DNA of 61,942 bases, filler included, from Candidatus Zapsychrus exili (GTDB lineage: Bacteria; Omnitrophota; Gorgyraeia; Zapsychrales; Zapsychraceae): assembly GCA_030765585.1 (NCBI GenBank). It is 3 parts of 3 records of this genome, joined end to end, with 100 filler letters (N's around TTAATTAATTAA, not from the genome) between each part and the next. Parts side by side here need not be neighbours in the genome. Positions count along the whole stretch, not along the records: positions 28,034 to 47,848 come from JAVCCJ010000126.1; positions 47,949 to 61,942 come from JAVCCJ010000075.1; 1 more part is not named here. One strand, given 5' to 3'. Of the stretch, positions 41,105 through 49,634 are shown in pieces (position 1 is the stretch's first letter; every line of letters begins with the position of its first letter). The notes beneath the pieces were generated by a model. The model had not been told where the DNA came from. It did no database searches and worked only from the letters and a program-made list of their open reading frames with translations. The translations under genes were made by a program, and so were the position numbers.

Positions 41105-42549
41105 TATTTTTTCTTTCTAGAAAATTTTCTAAATAATTTATTAATAAAATTAATACAAACAATACGTACAGCACTTATGGCTGGTTTTAATACGGCAAAT
41201 ATTCCATGTCTTTTTATCATTGGCCATATTCTCCACCAACATAAATATATTCGTATAAGCCCTTTTCTTTGTAGAAATATTACATCCTCTGGCTTTAAAC
41301 CATTAACCTCCATTACCGCCGATCCGTATCTTTGATAATTAGAAAAATTTGTATCAACTATTTTTAAACCAAACTGTTCTTTTTTTGCCATCTCAAACAT
41401 CTCAGTTCCTGGATAAGGCATCGCAACACTATAGGTAGCATGTTGTATATCTTTGGCTTTACATAAAAAGTCTACCGTTCTTTTTATACTTTCTGCATCT
41501 TCACCCGGAAGTCCAAGCATTACAGAGTTAATTGTCTCAATCCCATATCTTGCATTAAGCTTATTTGCTTCAATACAACTTTCCATCGAGATTTCTTTTT
41601 TTATAATCTTCCTAATCTTAGGATCTGCTGTTTCTAACCCAAAACTCATTCGTATTAAACCACAGCTTTTAAACTCTTTTACTATTTCTTCATCCCAAAT
41701 ATTTGCGCGTGTGCTCCCTTCAAAAGTAAAATCTAGATTATTCTTTTTTATTTCTCTGCAAAGAGAAAATATATATTCACGATTTAACGTCAGTGTATCA
41801 TCTAAGAAATAAATATGTTTTATATTTAAATCATTTACCAAATATTTAAGTTCTTTAATAACTTCCTCTAAAGAGCGTCTTCTAACTTTTTTCCCATACA
41901 AACTATTAGCACAAAAAACACAATCAAAAGGACAACCTCTGCTCATAAAAAAAGATGTATAATTTTTAACCCCTTGTAAAGTTCCAACAGAATACTTTTT
42001 ATAAGGAATCAAATGCCTTGCCGGCCATGGAATAGTGTCTAAATCATCGATTCTTTGTATGTCGCCGTGATAAACAATTCTGCCCTCTTCTTTTCGCATT
42101 ACGCCACAAATTCCATCACCCCTTTTGCCTTTTTCAAAACTTTTTAAGAAATCAAAGAAAATACCTTCACTTTCACCTATAAATAAATAATCAAAAATAT
42201 CTAAAAAGGCTTCTTCCCGAACCAAAGACGGATGAGCTCCTCCAACAGCAATTGGAGTTGAGAAATTGTTCTTAAGTAATGACGCTACCTCAGTTATTCT
42301 ATGAAAAAATGGAGTAGTGGCTGATAAACCAATTAAGTCTGGTTTAAATTGAGAAACTCTCTCTATTATTGTTTTATCATCAAGCTCTTCTACTTCAGCA
42401 TCTATTATTTGAACTTCCCAGCCAGCTTGTTCTGCGATAGCTCCAATATAACAAAGACTCAAAGGCGGAAAAGACGATGCCTTTTTAGCAATATTTTTTA
42501 AAACTCCAAATGTGGAGCACCAAGAAGGGAATACAAGTGATAGTCTCAT
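41104..42549 (-). CDS. B12-binding radical SAM protein
   Basis: PPLSLCYI and VGGAHPS (cobalamin-binding), SRGCPFDCVFC (CxxxCxxC), MLGLPGE, PYPGT. Confidence 0.92.
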   Translation of the reverse strand: MRLSLVFPSWCSTFGVLKNIAKKASSFPPLSLCYIGAIAEQAGWEVQIIDAEVEELDDKTIIERVSQFKPDLIGLSATTPFFHRITEVASLLKNNFSTPIAVGGAHPSLVREEAFLDIFDYLFIGESEGIFFDFLKSFEKGKRGDGICGVMRKEEGRIVYHGDIQRIDDLDTIPWPARHLIPYKKYSVGTLQGVKNYTSFFMSRGCPFDCVFCANSLYGKKVRRRSLEEVIKELKYLVNDLNIKHIYFLDDTLTLNREYIFSLCREIKKNNLDFTFEGSTRANIWDEEIVKEFKSCGLIRMSFGLETADPKIRKIIKKEISMESCIEANKLNARYGIETINSVMLGLPGEDAESIKRTVDFLCKAKDIQHATYSVAMPYPGTEMFEMAKKEQFGLKIVDTNFSNYQRYGSAVMEVNGLKPEDVIFLQRKGLIRIYLCWWRIWPMIKRHGIFAVLKPAISAVRIVCINFINKLFRKFSRKKK

Positions 42550-42575
42550 TTTTAATTTATTTCTTAAAATTTTGA

Positions 42576-42616
42576 CCAGTCGAAGCTAAATGCGAAAGCC
42601 TTTTAGCGAAGACTGG
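42576..42616. repeat. Hairpin element fused to the tRNA 3' CCA
   Basis: CCAGTC-GAA-GCTAAA-TGC-GAAA-GC-CT-TTTAGC-GAA-GACTGG; the final TGG is the CCA of the split tRNA. Confidence 0.75.
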
Positions 42617-42669
42617 CGCGCCTGAGAGGATTCGAACCTCCCAACACCCAGTTCCGAAGACTGGTGCTC

Positions 42670-42689
42670 CCTGCCTGCCGGCAGACAGG
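42670..42689. mobile_element. 20-bp palindromic mini-insertion within the tRNA D arm
   Basis: CCTGCCTGCCGGCAGACAGG separates ...GGTGCTC from TATCCAGCT, which are contiguous (GGTGCTCTATCCA) in the intact copy. Confidence 0.7.
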
Positions 42690-42727
42690 TATCCAGCTAC
42701 GTCTTATAACGTTAACACTTCTTAAAA

Positions 42728-42801
42728 CGCGCCCGGGAGGACTCGAACCTCCAACACCCAGTTCCGAAGACTGGTGCTCTATCCAATTGAACTACGGGCG
42801 C
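42728..42801 (-). tRNA. tRNA-Arg (anticodon TCG), intact, CCA not encoded
   Basis: Reverse complement GCGCCCGTAGTTCAATTGGATAGAGCACCAGTCTTCGGAACTGGGTGTTGGAGGTTCGAGTCCTCCCGGGCGCG; anticodon arm CCAGT-CTTCGGA-ACTGG. Confidence 0.93.
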
Positions 42802-42895
42802 TTAAACTAGTAAATCCATCAAGTCCAGACCGAAATGTCAGGACAAGCGCATAAAAATAACATTTTCTTCACAAAAAACATTGCAACATCCAGCT

Positions 42896-42937
42896 TCCGC
42901 CACAATAGATGGCGGATTCGCCAATCTGTTTGGCGAA
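42896..42937. mobile_element. Two tandem 21-bp palindromic mini-insertions between tRNA positions 13 and 14
   Basis: TCCGCCA-CAATAGA-TGGCGGA and TTCGCCA-ATCTGTT-TGGCGAA between ATCCAGCT and GAGCTACAGGCGC. Confidence 0.7.
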
Positions 42938-43182
42938 GAGCTACAGGCGCTTAATCTAAATTACATACTGGTTGAAATCGCACGCTCTGTTTTATCTTAA
43001 AATCACACAAACAGAAAACAGGCAAGCGCTTAATTTATTCGTAGCAAACATCATCACAATCTTCATTGTTTGCGACAACCAAATTTACATCTCTTTTGTT
43101 ATTTAAATTAACTTTGAATAATTTTATATAAAAAAATACTGATAAAGAAATAAAGAAACAAATTATAGCAATAATAGAAAAT

Positions 43183-44097
43183 TTATTTATCTTCACTTTT
43201 TAATCTTTCTACAGCTTCTTTCATTTCTTCATATGAAGATTGATGAGTTTCTATTACCTTCATTACTGAATCATCAAAATAATGTATTATAGAGCCTATA
43301 TTCATGTCACCAACAAATGGAGCTTTATGATCTCTTCTTTTTTTCATACCATGAATATGAACTCCAATCAATTTGTCCTTATATGCATCCAATGCCTCTT
43401 TCTGAGAAAAAATTCCCAACCTTTCGTTCATTTCAGCATGTCCTAAATCGTGCCAATAATACATACCTTTGCTGTTAAAACGAGAAAGAAAATATCCTAT
43501 CTCATCAAAATTAGGAATTTCCAGTGGATAGTATCTTGTTTCAAGCCCTATCTTTATTCCTTGGCTTTTGGCATAGTCACAAACAACCTCAAAACTTTTA
43601 TCTAATGCCTTTATGTGCTCAGGCGACTTATCTTTTCTTATCTTTAATATGCGAGATTTTTCCTGTTCAAATTCTTCTGTTTTAAACTTTCCGTCCATAT
43701 ACAAATCAAATAAATATTTTGATCTTATATCCTGATCTATATCAACATCTCCTGCATGTAGCACAACAACAGGACAATCAAATTTCTTAGCTGTATCTAT
43801 TGTATTTTTCGTCCAACAAACAGCCTTTTGCCTCTCATCTTCATCTAAAGAAGACAGACGATAATAATTAGAATTATGTCTAGGCGATATCTCATCATCA
43901 GGGACAGGACAAAAATTATGAACACTTACAACTTTGATATTTAATTCTTTAACAAAACCATAAAGCTGATCTAAGTGCTCTTTGGTAATAGAATAATTTA
44001 TTTCAATGGCGTCTATTCCCAAATCCTTTACCTGACAAAGCCATGCTTTTATATCATTATCGGGTTTATAATTCCAAGATGTAGAAATTGCTAACAT
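43183..44097 (-). CDS. Sugar-phosphate isomerase/epimerase (AP endonuclease 2 TIM-barrel) family
   Basis: SVHNFCP, VVLHAG, IGLETR, WHDLGH, GVHIHG, DHKAP metal-site pattern. Confidence 0.8.
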   Translation of the reverse strand: MLAISTSWNYKPDNDIKAWLCQVKDLGIDAIEINYSITKEHLDQLYGFVKELNIKVVSVHNFCPVPDDEISPRHNSNYYRLSSLDEDERQKAVCWTKNTIDTAKKFDCPVVVLHAGDVDIDQDIRSKYLFDLYMDGKFKTEEFEQEKSRILKIRKDKSPEHIKALDKSFEVVCDYAKSQGIKIGLETRYYPLEIPNFDEIGYFLSRFNSKGMYYWHDLGHAEMNERLGIFSQKEALDAYKDKLIGVHIHGMKKRRDHKAPFVGDMNIGSIIHYFDDSVMKVIETHQSSYEEMKEAVERLKSEDK

Positions 44098-44106
44098 AGT
44101 CTCGCT

Positions 44107-44307
44107 TTACCCTTCTGAGCCTAAGTTATCAACGACTTTCTTAACTTCCATTTCAGCCTTTTGTATCTTCTCTTTACACACATTTATCAAAGATACGGCT
44201 TCTTTTACTGCGCAAGAAAGTTCATCAACATCAATCTCTTCGTTTTCTATCTTTTCTACAATTTCTTCTAATCTTTTCATCGCTTTGCTATATTTTACTT
44301 CAGCCAT
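44107..44307 (-). CDS. xseB: Exodeoxyribonuclease VII small subunit
   Basis: YSKAMKRLEEIVEKIE...C.EK.QKAE; follows xseA. Confidence 0.93.
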   Translation of the reverse strand: MAEVKYSKAMKRLEEIVEKIENEEIDVDELSCAVKEAVSLINVCKEKIQKAEMEVKKVVDNLGSEG

Positions 44308-45631
44308 TTTGTCCTCCGGTTTTTATATTTATTATACGACTTGTTAAAAATCCATCTGCTGTTTCTGTGCTAATATCGTCCTGTTCTTTCGCACTCTTAA
44401 TACTTTTTATAATCTTTCCATCTTTGTCTCTAGTTACGGAAAATCCTCTTTTTAAAGTGTTTACAGGATCAAGTGCATCAACCAATTTCTGAAATCCTAT
44501 AATATTCTTTTTATCATTTTTCAACCTTGAAATTACAACTTTCATCAAACAATCTTTTTTCGTATCTATTATATTTCTGAAATCTTTCAACAAAACTTCT
44601 GGCCTATGTTTAAATAGCTCTATAATCCTAATAATTTCCGCATTATGTTCTTTTAAATATCTATTAGTGTTTGCCTCTAACTTGGCAGCTAAATTTTTTA
44701 ATTTACCCTTATCTTCTGCGATTCTCTGTTGAGAAATATTTATTATTTCCTCTAATATTTGGTCAATATCTATAAGATACTCTTCTGTCAGTCCTACCAA
44801 ATATTGGGCAACAGCTGTAGGCGTCTTAAAGAACGAATGCGCTGCTAAATCAGTTACGCTCATATCTATTTCATGACCTATTCCACTTAATACCGGTATT
44901 TTAAGAGATGCAATTTTTTCTGCAATAACCTGGCTATCAAAACAACTTAAATCTGATATTGACCCTCCGCCACGAGTCACTACAATTGCATCTAAATTCT
45001 TTACTTTATTTAATGCACCCAAGGCCTTACATACATCTTTTTCAGCATTCTTACCCTGCATTAAAGCATTTTTGAAATAAACTTTAAATCCAAATCCACT
45101 CTTCTTAAGCTCTGATAAGAAATCATTATAGGCTGCTGAATCGCCTGAGGTTATGAGCCCTATATTAAGCGGGACAACTGGGGCATCCAATTGTTTATTT
45201 TTGTCGAGTATTCCTTTTTCCTGAAGAAGCGCTATGAGCTTTCTTTTTTCTTGCGCTATTTTTCCTAAAGTATAAACAGGGTCAATACTTTCAACGCTTA
45301 AGCGAACTCTTCCATGAGGAGGATAAAAATCAACTTTACAAGCAAACTTAACCTCAATATCATCTTTTAAAGAAAAGGCATTTTCGCTTTTCTTTAAGAT
45401 TTCTTCAATGTATGGTCTTCTGCTTGCCCAAATAACCAAATCAATACAAGCCTTTGTATCATTTGTTCCTTGATCTTTTTCGACAAGCTGAAAAAAAACA
45501 TGTTTCTTATTTTTGCTTCTATTATATTGTTGGATTTCTCCACAAACCCATAAAGACTGCGGAAACCCCATATTGATAACATCTTTTATGAGATTATTAA
45601 GTTCTGATACTGTTAAAAATTCTTTATCCAT
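44300..45631 (-). CDS. xseA: Exodeoxyribonuclease VII large subunit
   Basis: LTVSELN, RGGGSISDL, SGIGHEID, TPTAVA, TLKRGFS. Confidence 0.96.
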   Translation of the reverse strand: MDKEFLTVSELNNLIKDVINMGFPQSLWVCGEIQQYNRSKNKKHVFFQLVEKDQGTNDTKACIDLVIWASRRPYIEEILKKSENAFSLKDDIEVKFACKVDFYPPHGRVRLSVESIDPVYTLGKIAQEKRKLIALLQEKGILDKNKQLDAPVVPLNIGLITSGDSAAYNDFLSELKKSGFGFKVYFKNALMQGKNAEKDVCKALGALNKVKNLDAIVVTRGGGSISDLSCFDSQVIAEKIASLKIPVLSGIGHEIDMSVTDLAAHSFFKTPTAVAQYLVGLTEEYLIDIDQILEEIINISQQRIAEDKGKLKNLAAKLEANTNRYLKEHNAEIIRIIELFKHRPEVLLKDFRNIIDTKKDCLMKVVISRLKNDKKNIIGFQKLVDALDPVNTLKRGFSVTRDKDGKIIKSIKSAKEQDDISTETADGFLTSRIINIKTGGQNG

Positions 45632-45750
45632 GATTATACAATTAAGAAGGGTTTAGAAAGTAGTATTCTATATACAAAACATCACTTCTACAAGAAAAAT
45701 AATATAGATATATTAATATAAGTATTATTTAAATAAAAAGGTGGGGAGTT

Positions 45751-46146
45751 TTAATAAGCCGATGCTCTCCTGTTTGATTGCCGAGCTGTTTTTAACTTAT
45801 CTTTTTGCTTCCTTCTTGTTTCTTTCATAGCTAACTTGTTAGCCTTGCTTTTTCGCTTTAACTCTTGATTCGTTGCTCTTGTCTTTCTTTTTACATCTTT
45901 CATTTTTCGTTTTGTATCAACCTGCTTGCTCTTCAAATCTCTTCTAAGCTGTTTTATATGCGCCAAATTGCTTTTAATTTTTTGCTTTATATTGTCAGTA
46001 TGAGACTTAATATCTCTCATAAATCTTTTAAATTTCTGTTGAGCGCTTATTTTGCGCGCAGGTCTCCTTGATTGCCGTGCATTTGATGACACAGAAATAA
46101 ATAGAAAAATGAACAAAATTATAAATATTTTATATTGTTTTTTCAT
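45751..46146 (-). CDS. Hypothetical exported, highly basic coiled-coil protein
   Basis: Signal-peptide-like N-terminus, then K/R-rich helix; co-oriented with neighbours. Confidence 0.55.
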   Translation of the reverse strand: MKKQYKIFIILFIFLFISVSSNARQSRRPARKISAQQKFKRFMRDIKSHTDNIKQKIKSNLAHIKQLRRDLKSKQVDTKRKMKDVKRKTRATNQELKRKSKANKLAMKETRRKQKDKLKTARQSNRRASAY

Positions 46147-46159
46147 AATAAATACAAAT

Positions 46160-46858
46160 TTAAGCTATATTTTTATATTCTGAACTATTTGCCTCTTTAA
46201 GTCCACAATATAATTGTACTTGTGAAATCATATAAAAAGGAATAAAAATCACTGAAAATATCTCAACAGCTGCTTTTGTCAGTCCAACATCAATATTTTG
46301 AAAAAACTTAATAAACAAAATAGGAGTTAAAGATAGCATCGTTAAAATAAGCAAAAATTGAAGCACTATCCAGAATTTTCCCTTTATCAGCTCAATACTG
46401 CCTTTAAATGCTTCAGTATATTTTTTATTCTCTAAAACAACAATAACATCTGCGAACATAAAGATTGCTCCAATAAACAATCCTGGAAGCACAAAAAAGA
46501 CAAATCCCATCCCCATAAGAAACAAAACTGACATATAAACAGCGACATATCTCAAATATCTTCCTTTTGTTTCTTCAAAAACCTTTGCAAAGCTTAAAAC
46601 CAAACCAGAACGCAATTTATAAGACGCATAAATCAACATAATAGCAATACGGCATAAAATTAAAGAACTTGTGATAATAATAAGAAATATAGCTTCTTCT
46701 GGCTTTTTAAAGAAATTATTTATAATCTGTCTCGTAGCCAAATTAAATACTCCATAAAAAAGACTCAGGCTAATAAAAAACTGAAAATTCTTCTTATACA
46801 TTTCCATTGAATTGCTAAGGATCTTAGACAAGTCGATAATATTATTTATTTTATTCAT
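46160..46858 (-). CDS. Hypothetical integral membrane protein
   Basis: About five TM segments, FVLPG...VVLE...AFKGS..L.KG.FW pattern. Confidence 0.7.
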   Translation of the reverse strand: MNKINNIIDLSKILSNSMEMYKKNFQFFISLSLFYGVFNLATRQIINNFFKKPEEAIFLIIITSSLILCRIAIMLIYASYKLRSGLVLSFAKVFEETKGRYLRYVAVYMSVLFLMGMGFVFFVLPGLFIGAIFMFADVIVVLENKKYTEAFKGSIELIKGKFWIVLQFLLILTMLSLTPILFIKFFQNIDVGLTKAAVEIFSVIFIPFYMISQVQLYCGLKEANSSEYKNIA

Positions 46859-47848
46859 TGTACCCTTCTTTAATGTTATTAATTAACGTTCTATTGTGTA
46901 TGGCAGATGCATGCCGAGGATTTATTATAAGCGCTTGCTCGTAATCAGCAAGTGCTAAATCGTACTTTTCAATTTCCTTAAATAAATTTCCTCTATTGTA
47001 ATAAAAATCAGCAGAACTTTTATCTATTTCTATAGCCTTATTAAAATCCTTCAAAGCCAAATTATATTTCCCTCTAGACTTATAAAGTATGGCTCTATTA
47101 TTATACCCTTGTGCAAAATTAGGATTAACAGATATGCTTTTGTTATATTCTAAAATAGCTAAATCATAATTTCCTGCCATATCATATACTAACCCTCTAT
47201 TTGTATACGCAGATGCTATCTCTGCATCTAATCTTATTGACATATTAAAATCCTTTAAAGCTAAATCGTTCTTCTTAGCATAAAGATAAATAAGACCTCT
47301 ATTATTATATACACTAGCATTTTTAGGGTCTGACTTTATAGCTTTATTAAAATCATTAAACGCCAAGCCCAACTTACCGCTCAACTTATAAAGCATACCT
47401 CTGTTATTAAGTGCTTTTCCATAATCTGGCTTTATTTCTAACGCTTTATTATAATCTAAAAAAGCTAAATCATATCGATTCAAACTTATATATGCTTCTC
47501 CTCTATTAGCAAAAGCTAAATATTCGTCACTGTAATTATCTATGACACGACTCCACAAACTCACACTATCTTTCCATACTAAAACCTGAGAATATGTCTG
47601 CCTACCAAAAAAAGAAAATGCTACCAATACTGCGATAAGAACAACTTTACCTACAATTTTGCTATGAGCTGTTTTCTTGATTGTTTCATAAATCAAATAT
47701 CCTATAAATATACAAAATCCTAAACTAGGTAAATACATATATCTATCAGCGACTATTGTTCTGTCTACTTTATAATCAAATCTTAGAAGAAAAAATATTG
47801 ATACTAAAAAATACGCCCAAGAAAAAACAAACCACTTATTCTTCCTAA
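46851..47848 (-). CDS. Membrane protein with C-terminal TPR array (TMTC-like), 5'-partial
   Basis: Frame open to the gap (RKNKWFVFS...VADRYMYLPSLG), VWKDSVSLW, then about six NRG-type TPR repeats. Confidence 0.82.
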
Positions 47849-47948
47849 NNNNNNNNNNNNNNNNNNNNNNNNNNNNNNNNNNNNNNNNNNNNTTAATTAA
47901 TTAANNNNNNNNNNNNNNNNNNNNNNNNNNNNNNNNNNNNNNNNNNNN
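47849..47948. other. Artificial contig linker
   Basis: 44 N + TTAATTAATTAA + 44 N. Confidence 0.97.
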
Positions 47949-47949
47949 G

Positions 47950-48108
47950 ATAGGACCAATAATATTAACTGATAAATGGCGCAAGTATACTATTGATTTA
48001 AGAGGTAAAGATTTGTCTTATATCAGCGGTGGATTTGGATGGTCGACTAGTGAAGGCGTTAACCAAGATTCTTGTATTTTTTATCTTGATGATATTAGAT
48101 ACGAATAA
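47950..48108 (+). CDS. C-terminal fragment of a carbohydrate-binding-like (beta-sandwich) protein, 5'-partial
   Basis: Hand translation IGPIILTDKWRKYTIDLRGKDLSYISGGFGW...FYLDDIRYE*; W..YTI.L and FYLDDI are typical of galactose-binding-like domains. Confidence 0.6.
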   Translation: MGPIILTDKWRKYTIDLRGKDLSYISGGFGWSTSEGVNQDSCIFYLDDIRYE

Positions 48109-48135
48109 AATTATTGTATAAAGATTTTTAATATT

Positions 48136-48171
48136 AAGCCAGCTTAAATTTTTAATTTAAGCTGGCTTTTT
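48136..48171 (+). terminator. Intrinsic terminator
   Basis: Perfect 15-bp stem AAGCCAGCTTAAATT-TTT-AATTTAAGCTGGCTT followed by TTTGTTT. Confidence 0.85.
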
Positions 48172-48282
48172 GTTTAGTAGATATATCTTAAAAATACTGT
48201 TTTGTTCTTGTATTGCTAATAATAGTTTGTTATATTCATAATAACTACAATAATATAACTATATAATAGTAGGAATTTCCCT

Positions 48283-49632
48283 ATGTCAAAAGTTGCCAAA
48301 CAGAGCATATACATCCTCATAGTATTATTAATACTTAGTATCTTTTTTGCAGGCATTTCTTTAATGGATAAGCAAAAACTCGAGGTTATAAAGAGTAGCC
48401 TTTTAAGAGAAGTGCAAAATTTAGAGGGTGAAGTTGATACCTATATGTTGCAAGTTAAAACATTAAAAAATGAAGAAAAGAAATATCAAGAAAAAATAAA
48501 AGGCTTCAAAGAAGAAGTAGAGGCGTTTGAAAAAGAACGTTATGAATTTACAATGACAATAAAAGATTTAAAGAAACAGTCTGAAAAGAGTGAAGAAAAT
48601 ATAGTAAAAGCTGAAGAGGAAAATCAAAAATGGAAGAAGCGTTTGGATGAGGCCAGAAAACAACGCGATGAGTTGGTTAAAAAACTTAAAGAAAAGCCAG
48701 AGCCTGAAATTATTTATAAAGAGGTTATAAAAGAAGTATTTGTAGATGTTCCAAAATATGAAGAAGAAGTAATAGAAGAAGTAAAAGAAGATTTAGATAA
48801 AGAAAAAGTTGAAATAAAGCCTTTGCTGGCAGATTATCAACAAGAAGAAGAATATTGGGCAGATATTTTAAAAGAAAAAGCCTCTTTGGAAGTGGAGATA
48901 GATAGATTGTCAGAAGAGCTTGATAAGAATTCAATTGAGATAGTTGATTTAAAACAAGCGAATGCCAATTTTGAATTAGAGCTAGAAAATGTAGTTAAAG
49001 AAAAAGAAGAAAAAGAAATTGATAATAAGTATAAGAAAGAAATAATTGATAATCTTTCTTTGGAATTAGCAAGATCTAAAAGCGACAGAAGATACGTTTA
49101 TGAAAGATCAGATAAGCTAGGGAAAGAAACTGTAGCATTGCGTAAACAGATGAAGCAAATGATAGCTATTAAAACAGCTCTTGAGAAAACAATTGTGAAG
49201 TTAAGAAGTCAAAATATTAAGATGAAGAAAAGTCTTCGAAAGAATGATGGCTTGATTCAGGGTAAGATAGACGAAATTTGGGATATTAAAGCAAGTTTAG
49301 ACGAATCTTTTAAAGAATCTAGAAATTCTGCAATTGAAGGAGTGGAATTACCCCCTATCATTGTTAGCTCAGCAAAGCCAGAAGATCCTCTAAACCCTAG
49401 TTTAGAGAAGCCAGGAATTGACGCAAAGGTTTTAAGTATCAATGAAGATAACAATTTTGCTATTATAAATGTAGGCGAAAAATCTGGGGTTAAAATAGGT
49501 GATGTATTGACTGTTTATCATGGGCCTGAATATATTGCTCGAATTGAAGTTATACAGGTAAGGCAAGATATTTGCGCAGCTGATATAAAAGAGCAATCTA
49601 CAAAAATAGAGGCTGGAGATATCGTAAGATAA
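48283..49632 (+). CDS. Membrane-anchored long coiled-coil protein with C-terminal beta domain
   Basis: N-terminal TM, about 300 aa E/K-rich coiled coil, C-terminal VLSINEDNNFAIINVGEKSGVKIGD. Confidence 0.7.
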   Translation: MSKVAKQSIYILIVLLILSIFFAGISLMDKQKLEVIKSSLLREVQNLEGEVDTYMLQVKTLKNEEKKYQEKIKGFKEEVEAFEKERYEFTMTIKDLKKQSEKSEENIVKAEEENQKWKKRLDEARKQRDELVKKLKEKPEPEIIYKEVIKEVFVDVPKYEEEVIEEVKEDLDKEKVEIKPLLADYQQEEEYWADILKEKASLEVEIDRLSEELDKNSIEIVDLKQANANFELELENVVKEKEEKEIDNKYKKEIIDNLSLELARSKSDRRYVYERSDKLGKETVALRKQMKQMIAIKTALEKTIVKLRSQNIKMKKSLRKNDGLIQGKIDEIWDIKASLDESFKESRNSAIEGVELPPIIVSSAKPEDPLNPSLEKPGIDAKVLSINEDNNFAIINVGEKSGVKIGDVLTVYHGPEYIARIEVIQVRQDICAADIKEQSTKIEAGDIVR

Positions 49633-49634
49633 AT

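Larger units (their letters stand above)
42614..42950 (-). pseudogene. Split/interrupted tRNA-Arg(TCG); pieces at 42938-42950, 42690-42698 and 42614-42669
   Basis: Joining the pieces gives GCGCCTGTAGCTC-AGCTGGATA-GAGCACCAGTCTTCGGAACTGGGTGTTGGGAGGTTCGAATCCTCTCAGGCGCGCCA, a complete cloverleaf with CCA. Confidence 0.85.

Noticed and set aside
42614..43033. CRISPR-like array in the repeated tRNA region
   Set aside because: The repeats are tRNA-derived, irregularly spaced and non-identical, and no cas genes are present.
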